Source of the DNA: an uncultured bacterium
GTDB taxonomy: Bacteria; Patescibacteriota; Minisyncoccia; Phycocordibacterales; CAIRYW01
Assembly: GCA_963766885.1 (NCBI GenBank)
Contig: CAVYBO010000002.1
Coordinates: 293,048-357,047 of the forward strand
Reading direction: 5' to 3'
DNA: 64,000 bases
Part shown: positions 19,573-27,036 of the stretch, in pieces
Layout: every line of letters begins with the position of its first letter
Position numbering within the stretch: the stretch's first letter is position 1
Translations under genes and position numbers: made by a program
Notes under the pieces: generated by a model
What the model saw: the letters and a program-made list of their open reading frames with translations, nothing else
What the model was told of the DNA's origin: nothing
Databases searched by the model: none

Positions 19573-20184
19573 TTATTTATTTAAGACAAGTGTCCGGCGA
19601 ATCTGATTGAAATCATTCACAATGGCGTTCTCATCGAATTGCTTGACTATCCCCGCAGGATAATTTTCAATTGCTCCATAGTGGATAAAATATCGTACCG
19701 CAACACAAGGGTTTGTGCCTGGGATTGCATAAACAGTTTCGTCGTATCTGTTGCCTGCAGCCGCGCCGTCTGAAGAAGCGACAGAATACGTCACCCCATC
19801 ATCAATAACTGTCTTTGGTGTTTGCGCGGGATAAAGAAATAGCGAAGCAGAACAACTCGGCGCTTGCGGAATTTCTTCAACGCTTATGTACGAATCACTT
19901 GAAAGATTTGTGCCTGTTGCAACCGAATCAGGAATTGTAAACTTGACCCCATTTATATCTTTTCCCGGGCCAAGTTCTTGATATTGATACGACTCGTCAG
20001 GCTCATATCCGATTGGCAGGCTGATTGAGAATCCTAATTTAGTATTTGTGTACCTTAGCAGAAGATTTGATACTGGCGGTTTATTTATAACAACTGGACT
20101 AATGGCTGCTTGTGGACGAGTTAAATACCAGCCGATAAATGCGAGAGTGATTAAAATTATAAAGATAATTAAATATTTTTTCAC
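19573..20184 (-). CDS. Hypothetical membrane-anchored extracytoplasmic protein
   Basis: 203 aa with an N-terminal signal anchor and a beta-rich body. No known domain. Confidence 0.4.
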   Translation of the reverse strand: MKKYLIIFIILITLAFIGWYLTRPQAAISPVVINKPPVSNLLLRYTNTKLGFSISLPIGYEPDESYQYQELGPGKDINGVKFTIPDSVATGTNLSSDSYISVEEIPQAPSCSASLFLYPAQTPKTVIDDGVTYSVASSDGAAAGNRYDETVYAIPGTNPCVAVRYFIHYGAIENYPAGIVKQFDENAIVNDFNQIRRTLVLNK

Positions 20185-20269
20185 AAGATAATTATATCAG
20201 AATTAATCTTCATCGAATGCAAAAGAAAGCAACCCAAGCCCGGCCGTCTGCCTTAAATAAAATTTAATA

Positions 20270-20671
20270 TTACTTTCCCGACCACCTACCGCGGGCGACC
20301 AATACGCAGAGTATTCCAACAACCAACGGCATTATTGCAGGTACTAACCCCATAGTCATAACCGTCACTACAACCGCGCCGATCATAATTATTACGAGTC
20401 CTATTGCAGCAAGCGGCGTCAGAAACAACTGTTTTTTAAAAATTCCTGGTAATACAAGTCCGAGTCCACCAAGTATTTCACAAACACCGATAAATCTTAC
20501 AAAAAGCACTGGCAGTGGAAACTCCTTAATCAATGCCGCGATCGGACTAATCAGTTTTATCACTCCGCTAAAAATAAAAAGTGCTGCGAGCAATGATTGA
20601 ATAATCCATAGCGCCCAAATTTTAAAACCAGCTTTTTTCTTTACCTCTCCGCCTAAAATTTCTTCGGTCAT
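20270..20671 (-). CDS. DoxX-family membrane protein
   Basis: 133 aa with 4 TM helices and a DoxX-like N-terminal pattern (FKIWALWIIQSLLAALFIFSGVIKL). Confidence 0.5.
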   Translation of the reverse strand: MTEEILGGEVKKKAGFKIWALWIIQSLLAALFIFSGVIKLISPIAALIKEFPLPVLFVRFIGVCEILGGLGLVLPGIFKKQLFLTPLAAIGLVIIMIGAVVVTVMTMGLVPAIMPLVVGILCVLVARGRWSGK

Positions 20672-20742
20672 TTTATTTTTAAATTATTTTTTAATTAAGT
20701 AAATTATAACACGAAACAGCATCTTTGTGATAAGATGCCGCA

Positions 20743-22011
20743 ATGGAAACAAAATCTACAGAAATTATTTGGGATGTGGCTGTGATTGGTGGCGGACCAG
20801 CTGGAATGATGGCAGCAGGAAGAGCAGCCGAACGAGGCTTGAAGGTAATTTTGATTGAAAAAAATGAAATCCTCGGCAAAAAACTTTTGATCACTGGTGG
20901 AGGCAGATGCAATGTCAGCAACGCCGAATTTGATACCAGAAAATTGCTAGAAAAATTCAAAGAAGATGGAAAGTTTTTGTTTTCCGCCTTTTCGCAGTGG
21001 AACGTAAAGGAAAGTTTAGAATTTTTTAATTCCAGAGGCATGGAAACAAAAGTAGAAAAAGAAAATCGCGTATTCCCTCTCAGTAATAAATCTCAATCCG
21101 TCCTGGATGTCCTTGTAAAATATATTGAAGTTAGCAAGGTTACTATCCTCAAAAATTCTCCTGTGTCAGAAATTATTTTGTCAGATGATAAAAATGAGGT
21201 TGTAGGAGTTAAACTCAAAAGCAAAAAGATTATTTGCGCAAAATCAACAATCATCGCAACCGGCGGCACTTCCCGACCAGAAACAGGTTCAACTGGCGAC
21301 GCCTACGCTTGGCTCCAAAAAATTGGGCACAAAATAATTCAGCCGACACCATCTCTTGTGCCTCTTGCAACAAAAGATGTTTGGATTAAAAGGCTTGCGG
21401 GAGTAAGTTTGACCGACATCAAACTGACAGTATTTCAAAACGAAGAAAAACAGGATATTAAAAAGGGGAAAATTCTTTTTACACACGTTGGAGTAAGTGG
21501 ACCTACAATTTTAAATATGAGCAAAGACGTTGGAGAACTTTTGAAATATGGTGAAGTTGTAGTTTCCTTAGACGTACTACCAAAACTTGATTACAGTATG
21601 CTCAATTCCAAACTTCAAGAAATATTTAAAGCAGATGCAAACAAGAAATTAAAAAACTCTTTGGGGAGCTTGCTTCCAGGAGCCTTAGTTCCTGTTTTAA
21701 TTGAACTTTCAGGAATCGATGCCGAAACTAAATGCAACAGTATAACCCGCGAAGAGCGTCTGCTGCTTGTAAAATTATTAAAAGATATTCCGATTCATAT
21801 TGATAAACTGCTTGGAGTGGACAAAGCCATCATCTCAAGCGGCGGAGTGGATCTCTCTGAAGTAGATTTTAAAACAATGCAATCGAGAATTTTTCCAAAC
21901 CTTTATCTCATTGGAGATATCTTAAATATTGATCGCCCTTCGGGCGGATTCAGCCTGCAGCTTTGTTGGACTACCGGTTTTGTCGCAGGAAATTCTGCTG
22001 GGAATAAATAG
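20743..22011 (+). CDS. HI0933/BaiN-like NAD(P)/FAD-dependent flavoprotein
   Basis: 422 aa. Dinucleotide-binding VIGGGPAGMMAA and the family signature GGGRCNVSN. Confidence 0.85.
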   Translation: METKSTEIIWDVAVIGGGPAGMMAAGRAAERGLKVILIEKNEILGKKLLITGGGRCNVSNAEFDTRKLLEKFKEDGKFLFSAFSQWNVKESLEFFNSRGMETKVEKENRVFPLSNKSQSVLDVLVKYIEVSKVTILKNSPVSEIILSDDKNEVVGVKLKSKKIICAKSTIIATGGTSRPETGSTGDAYAWLQKIGHKIIQPTPSLVPLATKDVWIKRLAGVSLTDIKLTVFQNEEKQDIKKGKILFTHVGVSGPTILNMSKDVGELLKYGEVVVSLDVLPKLDYSMLNSKLQEIFKADANKKLKNSLGSLLPGALVPVLIELSGIDAETKCNSITREERLLLVKLLKDIPIHIDKLLGVDKAIISSGGVDLSEVDFKTMQSRIFPNLYLIGDILNIDRPSGGFSLQLCWTTGFVAGNSAGNK

Positions 22012-22019
22012 AAAGATTT

Positions 22020-22562
22020 TTACTTCTTCTTTTTTGGAGCTGCTTTTTTGAGAGATTTTTTCTTTTCTGGAGTTTCAATAACCGCTGCGACAGGCTTTGG
22101 AGTAGGTTCTGAAGATTTGTTTGCAGGAGCCTTGTCGGATAATATTTCAATAAGTTTATCTAGCTTAATGTTCATAAATTCCATCTGCTTTTTCAAATCG
22201 CCTATTCCATTGCTTCCTTCTAGTTTAAATGTTTGCTTACTTTCATTATTGTATTGAGGCTTGTTGAATGATGGTTTGGAACCAAAATCTCTTTTTGGAG
22301 CGAAGTCTCTAGACCCTCCGTCTTGTCCTCCGTTTGCCGCAAAACATTCCTTGCAATAAACAGGTTTTCTGCCGTTTGGTTTAAAAGGCACTTCGCAGGT
22401 CTTGCCGCAAGATGCGCAAATAGCCTGAAACATTTCTTTTGGTCCAGAATCTCTACCTCTATCACCACCGAAGCTTGGACGGCCAAATTCCCTTTTGTTA
22501 CCAAAATTTCCTCCACCTCTGTTGTCTCTGCCACCAAATGGTTTTTTCTTGAAATCGTTCAT
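22020..22562 (-). CDS. Gly/Arg-rich zinc-ribbon protein, possibly nucleic-acid binding
   Basis: 180 aa. RGG-like N-terminus, CASCGKTCEVPF...RKPVYCKECF (CxxC-x17-CxxC), and a Lys-rich C-terminus. Confidence 0.5.
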   Translation of the reverse strand: MNDFKKKPFGGRDNRGGGNFGNKREFGRPSFGGDRGRDSGPKEMFQAICASCGKTCEVPFKPNGRKPVYCKECFAANGGQDGGSRDFAPKRDFGSKPSFNKPQYNNESKQTFKLEGSNGIGDLKKQMEFMNIKLDKLIEILSDKAPANKSSEPTPKPVAAVIETPEKKKSLKKAAPKKKK

Positions 22563-22612
22563 AAAAAAACTATATCAGGTTTTTTAAAAAAATCAATACT
22601 AGAGTTTCAGTA

Positions 22613-23275
22613 CTATAATTTATTGAGCTCTATCTCCGCTCCGCGGTTATTTCGATAATAATACCTAAATCCCATTCGCAGAAAGAAAAGTACAACCCAA
22701 AGAACTTCTGCGGCATAAGTCGAAACAAGTGCAACAAAAATAGAGATTATGAACACGACAGGCGTGCTTAAAGTATAAAAAGTGAATATTTTTAAGAAAT
22801 TGCGGTCTCGCAAATCATCGCTTATAAGCAATCCATTCCTGTTGGCATGCCTGCCAATTAGATACTGCAAGATACCGACTATCGCAAAACAAGCGGCGTA
22901 CATTATCACTGCGTCTTTATTTTCAATATGTGTTCCAAATATTGAAACAACAAATGGAAATATGGTAATAAAAAATAACAGCGTGTTATTGAGCATTATT
23001 ATTGCTCTATCAACTTCTTTTATTATTGCAAACAAGCGAGTATGAGACATCCAAAAACGAGCAATGATAACAAACGTTGCCACAAAAATTATAAGTGCGG
23101 AGGCATTTGTCTTAAATATTGGCATAAGAGATCCGTCACCTGCTGGAACGTGCAGATCTATTAAGTTCAATACCAAAAGTGTAATCGCAAACGCAAAAAT
23201 CCCATCCGTAAAACCAAATAGTCTCTGCTGCGGCCACATACTAATTTTTTCTTTTCGTGTTTCTTCTTCTGCCAT
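22613..23275 (-). CDS. TMEM175/DUF1211-family potassium channel homolog
   Basis: 220 aa. N-terminal RLFGFTDGIFAFAITLLVLNL matches the RxxxFSDGVFAIAITLLV signature, with 6 TM helices. Confidence 0.75.
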   Translation of the reverse strand: MAEEETRKEKISMWPQQRLFGFTDGIFAFAITLLVLNLIDLHVPAGDGSLMPIFKTNASALIIFVATFVIIARFWMSHTRLFAIIKEVDRAIIMLNNTLLFFITIFPFVVSIFGTHIENKDAVIMYAACFAIVGILQYLIGRHANRNGLLISDDLRDRNFLKIFTFYTLSTPVVFIISIFVALVSTYAAEVLWVVLFFLRMGFRYYYRNNRGAEIELNKL

Positions 23276-23312
23276 GTTTAGGATTATAGCAAATTATTTT
23301 ATATGGATGTCT

Positions 23313-23344
23313 GGAACTATATCCGAACGGAATTGATAATAAAA
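23313..23344. repeat. Copy 1 of a 32-nt intergenic motif (GGAACTATATCCGAACGGAATTGATAATAAAA); 26/32 identical to 37791-37822
   Basis: Shared 12-mer core CCGAACGGAATT plus flanks. Both copies are intergenic between same-strand minus genes, immediately 3' of a stop codon, and contain a -10-like TATAAT/TATTAT on the minus strand. Confidence 0.35.
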
Positions 23345-23375
23345 TTATAAAAATAGCCAAGTCCTATGCTTGGCG

Positions 23376-23867
23376 CTAGTTGAATCCTGCTGGGTCGGTA
23401 ACCTGAACCACTTCCTCACGGTTTAGAGTGTAACCGAAGCGGGTGTAAGGAACGTTGTGAAGAACGAGATATTTCTCGAACCATTCCGCAAGTTCGTAGA
23501 CTGGCGCAACCTTGGAGCGTATATCTTCGTGATCGCGCATCACAATACCCTTTTTATCTTCTCCGAATCCACGTTCTCCACCGTCGTAAACGTAGAGCTT
23601 GCAACTATCGAAGTATTTCTCCCCGATGTGGATACCGCCGACACCACCCTGCTGTCCTACCGCCGAAAAGTAGAACCGACTGGCAGCAGATTCATTCCTC
23701 ATGTTGTTCGACAGAAAGCGAATAAACGCTTGAAAGTGGTCAGTGAGCCATCGAACATATTCGCAACCGGTCAAATCAGAAACAATGTGGAAGTGAACTC
23801 GAGGTGTGTAGGTCTCAAAAAAATTATCCTTATTTTCCCCGAACACGAACATAATTGGTTTATTCAT
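23376..23867 (-). CDS. Hypothetical protein, GC-rich relative to the genome
   Basis: 163 aa with no recognised domain. A long antisense ORF (23457-23891) and GC-rich codons suggest a foreign origin. Confidence 0.45.
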   Translation of the reverse strand: MNKPIMFVFGENKDNFFETYTPRVHFHIVSDLTGCEYVRWLTDHFQAFIRFLSNNMRNESAASRFYFSAVGQQGGVGGIHIGEKYFDSCKLYVYDGGERGFGEDKKGIVMRDHEDIRSKVAPVYELAEWFEKYLVLHNVPYTRFGYTLNREEVVQVTDPAGFN

Positions 23868-23963
23868 AGGTCAAAGATTTCCTGCCTATAAACTACATTC
23901 AAAATACAAAAAGTCAATTGCTGGACATCTGAGAAGATATTATAAAAAATAATCTATTCTAAT

Positions 23964-24530
23964 CTAATACTTCCTTATCACCCCCTTCACTACTGCGGCG
24001 ATGTTGAGTTCTTCTTTGGGATAAATATTTTTGTATTTTTTGTTGGCGGGCTCGAGATACGGCTTGCCGTTGTTTTTGCGCAGATACTTCATCGTCCATC
24101 CACCATCCACTTCAGCAATTACAATGTCTCCCTCTTTGGGTTCCTTTTTGCGTTCCACAATCACCAAGTCGCCCTCACGAATCCCTTCATCAATCATTGA
24201 ATCTCCTTTGACTTCCAAAATATAAGTCGCTTCTTTATGTTCAATCAAATATTCATCAATACTCATCGTGTCTGAATTATCTTCCTCAGCAGCAGACGGA
24301 AATCCCGCTTCAACCAATCCAAGTATTGGAACTTCGCTCAAAGATTTATTTAAAGTTATCCTACCCTCTGCATCTTTGGAAACAATCCCCGCTTCAACAA
24401 GCTTATTGATCAGTTTATAAACCGCATTCTTGGATTTGAAACCTGTGATGTCCATTAACTCTTTATACCCCGGCATCCTTTTGTGCTTATGATAAAAAGA
24501 AATGATTTTTTCTTTGTAGGTATTAAACAT
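23964..24530 (-). CDS. lexA: LexA repressor (S24 peptidase)
   Basis: 188 aa. N-terminal winged HTH and C-terminal S24 domain with GDSM (Ser nucleophile) and catalytic Lys (MKYLRK). Confidence 0.9.
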   Translation of the reverse strand: MFNTYKEKIISFYHKHKRMPGYKELMDITGFKSKNAVYKLINKLVEAGIVSKDAEGRITLNKSLSEVPILGLVEAGFPSAAEEDNSDTMSIDEYLIEHKEATYILEVKGDSMIDEGIREGDLVIVERKKEPKEGDIVIAEVDGGWTMKYLRKNNGKPYLEPANKKYKNIYPKEELNIAAVVKGVIRKY

Positions 24531-24542
24531 GTGTTAAGAAAT

Positions 24543-24746
24543 TTAAAAAATAAAAGTTGAAACAAATTGCATTGACCTGGCGAAAATAAATCTAGGCTTT
24601 GAGAGTCTGGCAAGCTGTGCCATCAGAATTTTGTGATGCCTTGATTCTATTCTATATGAAAGACCTTTAATTATTTTAAAATCGATCGCTTTGTTAATTC
24701 TAATTATTTCCCTCTCGATCTCTTTTATTGTTTGTTGCTTGCTCAT
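24543..24746 (-). CDS. Small hypothetical protein co-transcribed upstream of lexA
   Basis: 67 aa, 12 nt upstream of lexA on the same strand. The promoter and SOS box lie immediately upstream. Confidence 0.35.
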   Translation of the reverse strand: MSKQQTIKEIEREIIRINKAIDFKIIKGLSYRIESRHHKILMAQLARLSKPRFIFARSMQFVSTFIF

Positions 24747-24752
24747 ACAATT

Positions 24753-24781
24753 AGTATAGGTGAACTCTAGTTCACTTGCAA
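24753..24781 (-). promoter_or_regulatory. Promoter of the small-ORF/lexA operon (minus strand: TTGCAA, 17 bp spacer, TATACT) with the LexA box in the spacer
   Basis: The minus strand reads TTGCAA-gtgaactagagttcacc-TATACT. The -10 lies about 7 nt before the ATG region. Confidence 0.45.
24762..24773. promoter_or_regulatory. LexA operator, Cheo-box type (GAAC-N4-GTTC; extended palindrome TGAACTCTAGTTCA)
   Basis: Perfect GAACTCTAGTTC at 24762-24773, located 16 nt upstream of the 24746 start codon and inside the promoter spacer. Confidence 0.65.
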
Positions 24782-24830
24782 GTTCGTAACTGTGGATAAC
24801 TCAACGTATGACCCTTAACAACATAATTTT

Positions 24831-25304
24831 ATGAACAAATTAAATCAACGTATAAAAGATTTAGGAAATTACCCAAGTTTTCTAAGAAGTGGTAATATGA
24901 TAAATAAGCATATGAAAACGCAAGTATCTTATCTTTTAACCACAGGGAGAGTTGTTAAGGATGAATATAAAGGGGGGCTTTATTCTTATATAGATATTTT
25001 TGAATCTATACTTATCCCTAAGAATCAAAATTTTTGGATACAAAGCTTTGTTGTAGCGGGTAAAATTTATACTTCTAAAAATGGACTTTTAAATATTGAG
25101 GTATCAATTTTAGACCCTGAAAATATAGAGTTCAAAACAAATAAACTTTCAGGTACTTTTGTAGTGGGAGATATTGAAGTAACTACGGCTTTTAACCTTA
25201 TGAAATTTGAAAAATTAGGTAGATATTTAATAAAAATAAAGGTAGATGGAGAACTCTTGGAAGATAATGATAAATTTTATCTTGAAGTGGTGAAAGAAAA
25301 ATAA
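24831..25304 (+). CDS. Hypothetical protein (passenger ORF inside the IS element)
   Basis: 157 aa, AT-rich. Begins 3 nt after the left IR. No known domain. Confidence 0.4.
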   Translation: MNKLNQRIKDLGNYPSFLRSGNMINKHMKTQVSYLLTTGRVVKDEYKGGLYSYIDIFESILIPKNQNFWIQSFVVAGKIYTSKNGLLNIEVSILDPENIEFKTNKLSGTFVVGDIEVTTAFNLMKFEKLGRYLIKIKVDGELLEDNDKFYLEVVKEK

Positions 25305-25306
25305 AT

Positions 25307-25657
25307 ATGAGTTCAAATGAACAAAAAGGGGCTTCTGATTTAGGTAAATCCGGACAAGGAGTTGATAGTCTTATTGACTTAGGTCAAATTGTTGATGATA
25401 TACAAGAACTTTCCAAATCAACAAAGGAGCTTTTTGATTCTACTAAGAAACTTCAAGAAGATGCTAAAGCTCAACAAGGAATAATTGCCAATATGTTAGC
25501 TGAATTGAGACACTCCCAAGGAATAGTATACTTTGGATTTATTATATTAATATTTATGATGATTGCTGTAATTGTAGATGTTATGGTAAATGTTTGGAAA
25601 CCAACACCCCAACTGACCACAACTATCCCCCAAATAATTTATGTCAAAGGACAATAA
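25307..25657 (+). CDS. Hypothetical protein with a C-terminal TM helix (passenger ORF inside the IS element)
   Basis: 116 aa. N-terminal coiled-coil-like region, C-terminal TM (IVYFGFIILIFMMIAVIVDVMVNVW). Starts 2 nt after the previous ORF. Confidence 0.4.
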   Translation: MSSNEQKGASDLGKSGQGVDSLIDLGQIVDDIQELSKSTKELFDSTKKLQEDAKAQQGIIANMLAELRHSQGIVYFGFIILIFMMIAVIVDVMVNVWKPTPQLTTTIPQIIYVKGQ

Positions 25658-25671
25658 GTCAGATTTTCTTT

Positions 25672-26541
25672 CTATCTTGAAGCGTGCAATAAGGCACCCA
25701 TTAAAGCGGAAAAACGCTGATTGTCGTTGTGCCGATTGTTATAATGAAAGACAAAAGCATCAAGGTAAGACTGCAAATGCTCCTTTGAAATAGCCTTGTA
25801 GGTGCCTTTTATACTTCTTTTCAAATGAGCAAAAAAGGTCTCAATCGTATTGATGTGAATATCACCTCTGGCAAATTCTCTTTTGTGGTGGTCTACTGCT
25901 ACTCTGTCGTGTGTCTTGTCGCTTCTTAAGTAAACTTTGCTACTGTCCGTCATTATTGTTGTAGCTTTGATTTCTATGTTCCTTGCTACAAAGTCGCTCA
26001 TACTTTTTGCTGTAGCATCTGGCATAACTTCCGCTTTGATGTTTCCTCCTCGTTCTACTGCGATTGTAACAACAGATTTTTTAGCCATTACCTCGCTCAA
26101 ATTCTCATTGTTTTTTCCAGCGTAGTGTCTGCCTCCAAAGTATCCAGTATCAATTTCAATATCGCCTCTTAATTTTGTATCGCTTTGCTTTAAAGCTTTT
26201 CTAATCATTGAAAGGATCCTCCAAGCACATTTGTAGGTTACGCCAAGCTGTCTTTCCAATTCTTTTGCTGAAATTCCGCTTTTAGCGTTAGAGAAAACAA
26301 AGACAGCGTGGAACCATAGAGAAAGCGGAGTATCTGACTTATGGAATATAGTGTTAGCTGTAGGTGCAATCTGATAACGGCACTTACTGCATTGATACTG
26401 CTTTCTGCCCTTAATCCTCTTGTATTCGCCGCCACAAGAGCATTTCTTGGAATGTAGAGTGTTATAGATAAAATCAAGGCAAGCTTCTTCATTAGGGAAA
26501 TCCGCCTTTAGATTTCTAATGGAATATTTTGTGTTTTTCAT
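25672..26541 (-). CDS. IS1595-family transposase (N-terminal zinc ribbon + DDE domain)
   Basis: 289 aa. N-terminal C-x2-C...C-x2-C ribbon (KCSCGGEY...CSKCRYQ) and a DDE region with IEIDTGYFGG, typical of DDE_Tnp_IS1595. Confidence 0.85.
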   Translation of the reverse strand: MKNTKYSIRNLKADFPNEEACLDFIYNTLHSKKCSCGGEYKRIKGRKQYQCSKCRYQIAPTANTIFHKSDTPLSLWFHAVFVFSNAKSGISAKELERQLGVTYKCAWRILSMIRKALKQSDTKLRGDIEIDTGYFGGRHYAGKNNENLSEVMAKKSVVTIAVERGGNIKAEVMPDATAKSMSDFVARNIEIKATTIMTDSSKVYLRSDKTHDRVAVDHHKREFARGDIHINTIETFFAHLKRSIKGTYKAISKEHLQSYLDAFVFHYNNRHNDNQRFSALMGALLHASR

Positions 26542-26619
26542 AAATACAGTATATACCCTGTAATTATGTTGTCAAGGGATAAGCTTGGATAACTCTTGGA
26601 AATTGAGAGTTTAATCTCC

Positions 26620-27036
26620 CTAAGACTTTATTTTTGTATATGTTTGAACGATTATAAAACGGGTATGCTCTGGCATTGCCAAAGAAACAGCCTTATCTCT
26701 AAATGTATCGACATCAACAAGTCCATAATACATCATATCCCTTAACTCCTCACTTGACGGTCCAAGTAGCTTGCTTGCAAGAAAATATCCAGCGGTTATT
26801 CCGACTTCTTCCTTAGTCAAATCATTTTCTTTTTTAGCCAATAAATATGAAACTAGATCCTGGTCAAGAGTTTGAAGCCTTATAAATATTTGATCAAGAA
26901 TATCTGCTTCTTCTTCAGAAGGTTTTTTATCCTCAATAATTCTTTGCGCGTAATCATTCAGAAAGAAATGCAACTCCGGTTTAACAGCTGGCATTGAATC
27001 AAGGCTTTGTTGAAATGAGTCTGGGTTATACGGCAT
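26620..27036 (-). CDS. Hypothetical protein
   Basis: 138 aa. Overlaps the end of the 1188-aa gene by 11 nt, suggesting an operon. No domain recognised. Confidence 0.4.
   Translation of the reverse strand: MPYNPDSFQQSLDSMPAVKPELHFFLNDYAQRIIEDKKPSEEEADILDQIFIRLQTLDQDLVSYLLAKKENDLTKEEVGITAGYFLASKLLGPSSEELRDMMYYGLVDVDTFRDKAVSLAMPEHTRFIIVQTYTKIKS

Larger units (their letters stand above)
24803..26585 (-). mobile_element. IS1595-family insertion sequence carrying two passenger ORFs, flanked by a 10-bp direct repeat TGGATAACTC
   Basis: Inverted repeats CCCTTAACAACATAATT (24812-24828) and AATTATGTTGTCAAGGG (26562-26578) are reverse complements, 16/17. The direct repeat TGGATAACTC sits at 24793-24802 and 26586-26595. 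The transposase gene reads inward from the right end. Confidence 0.7.

Noticed and set aside
23376-23867. Possible IS200/IS605 TnpA-like HUH transposase, suggested by the HFHIV motif and a flanking repeat
   Set aside because: The HUH-like motif lies too close to the N-terminus, there is no convincing catalytic Tyr context, and the flanking repeat is not palindromic like REP or subterminal hairpins. Kept as hypothetical.
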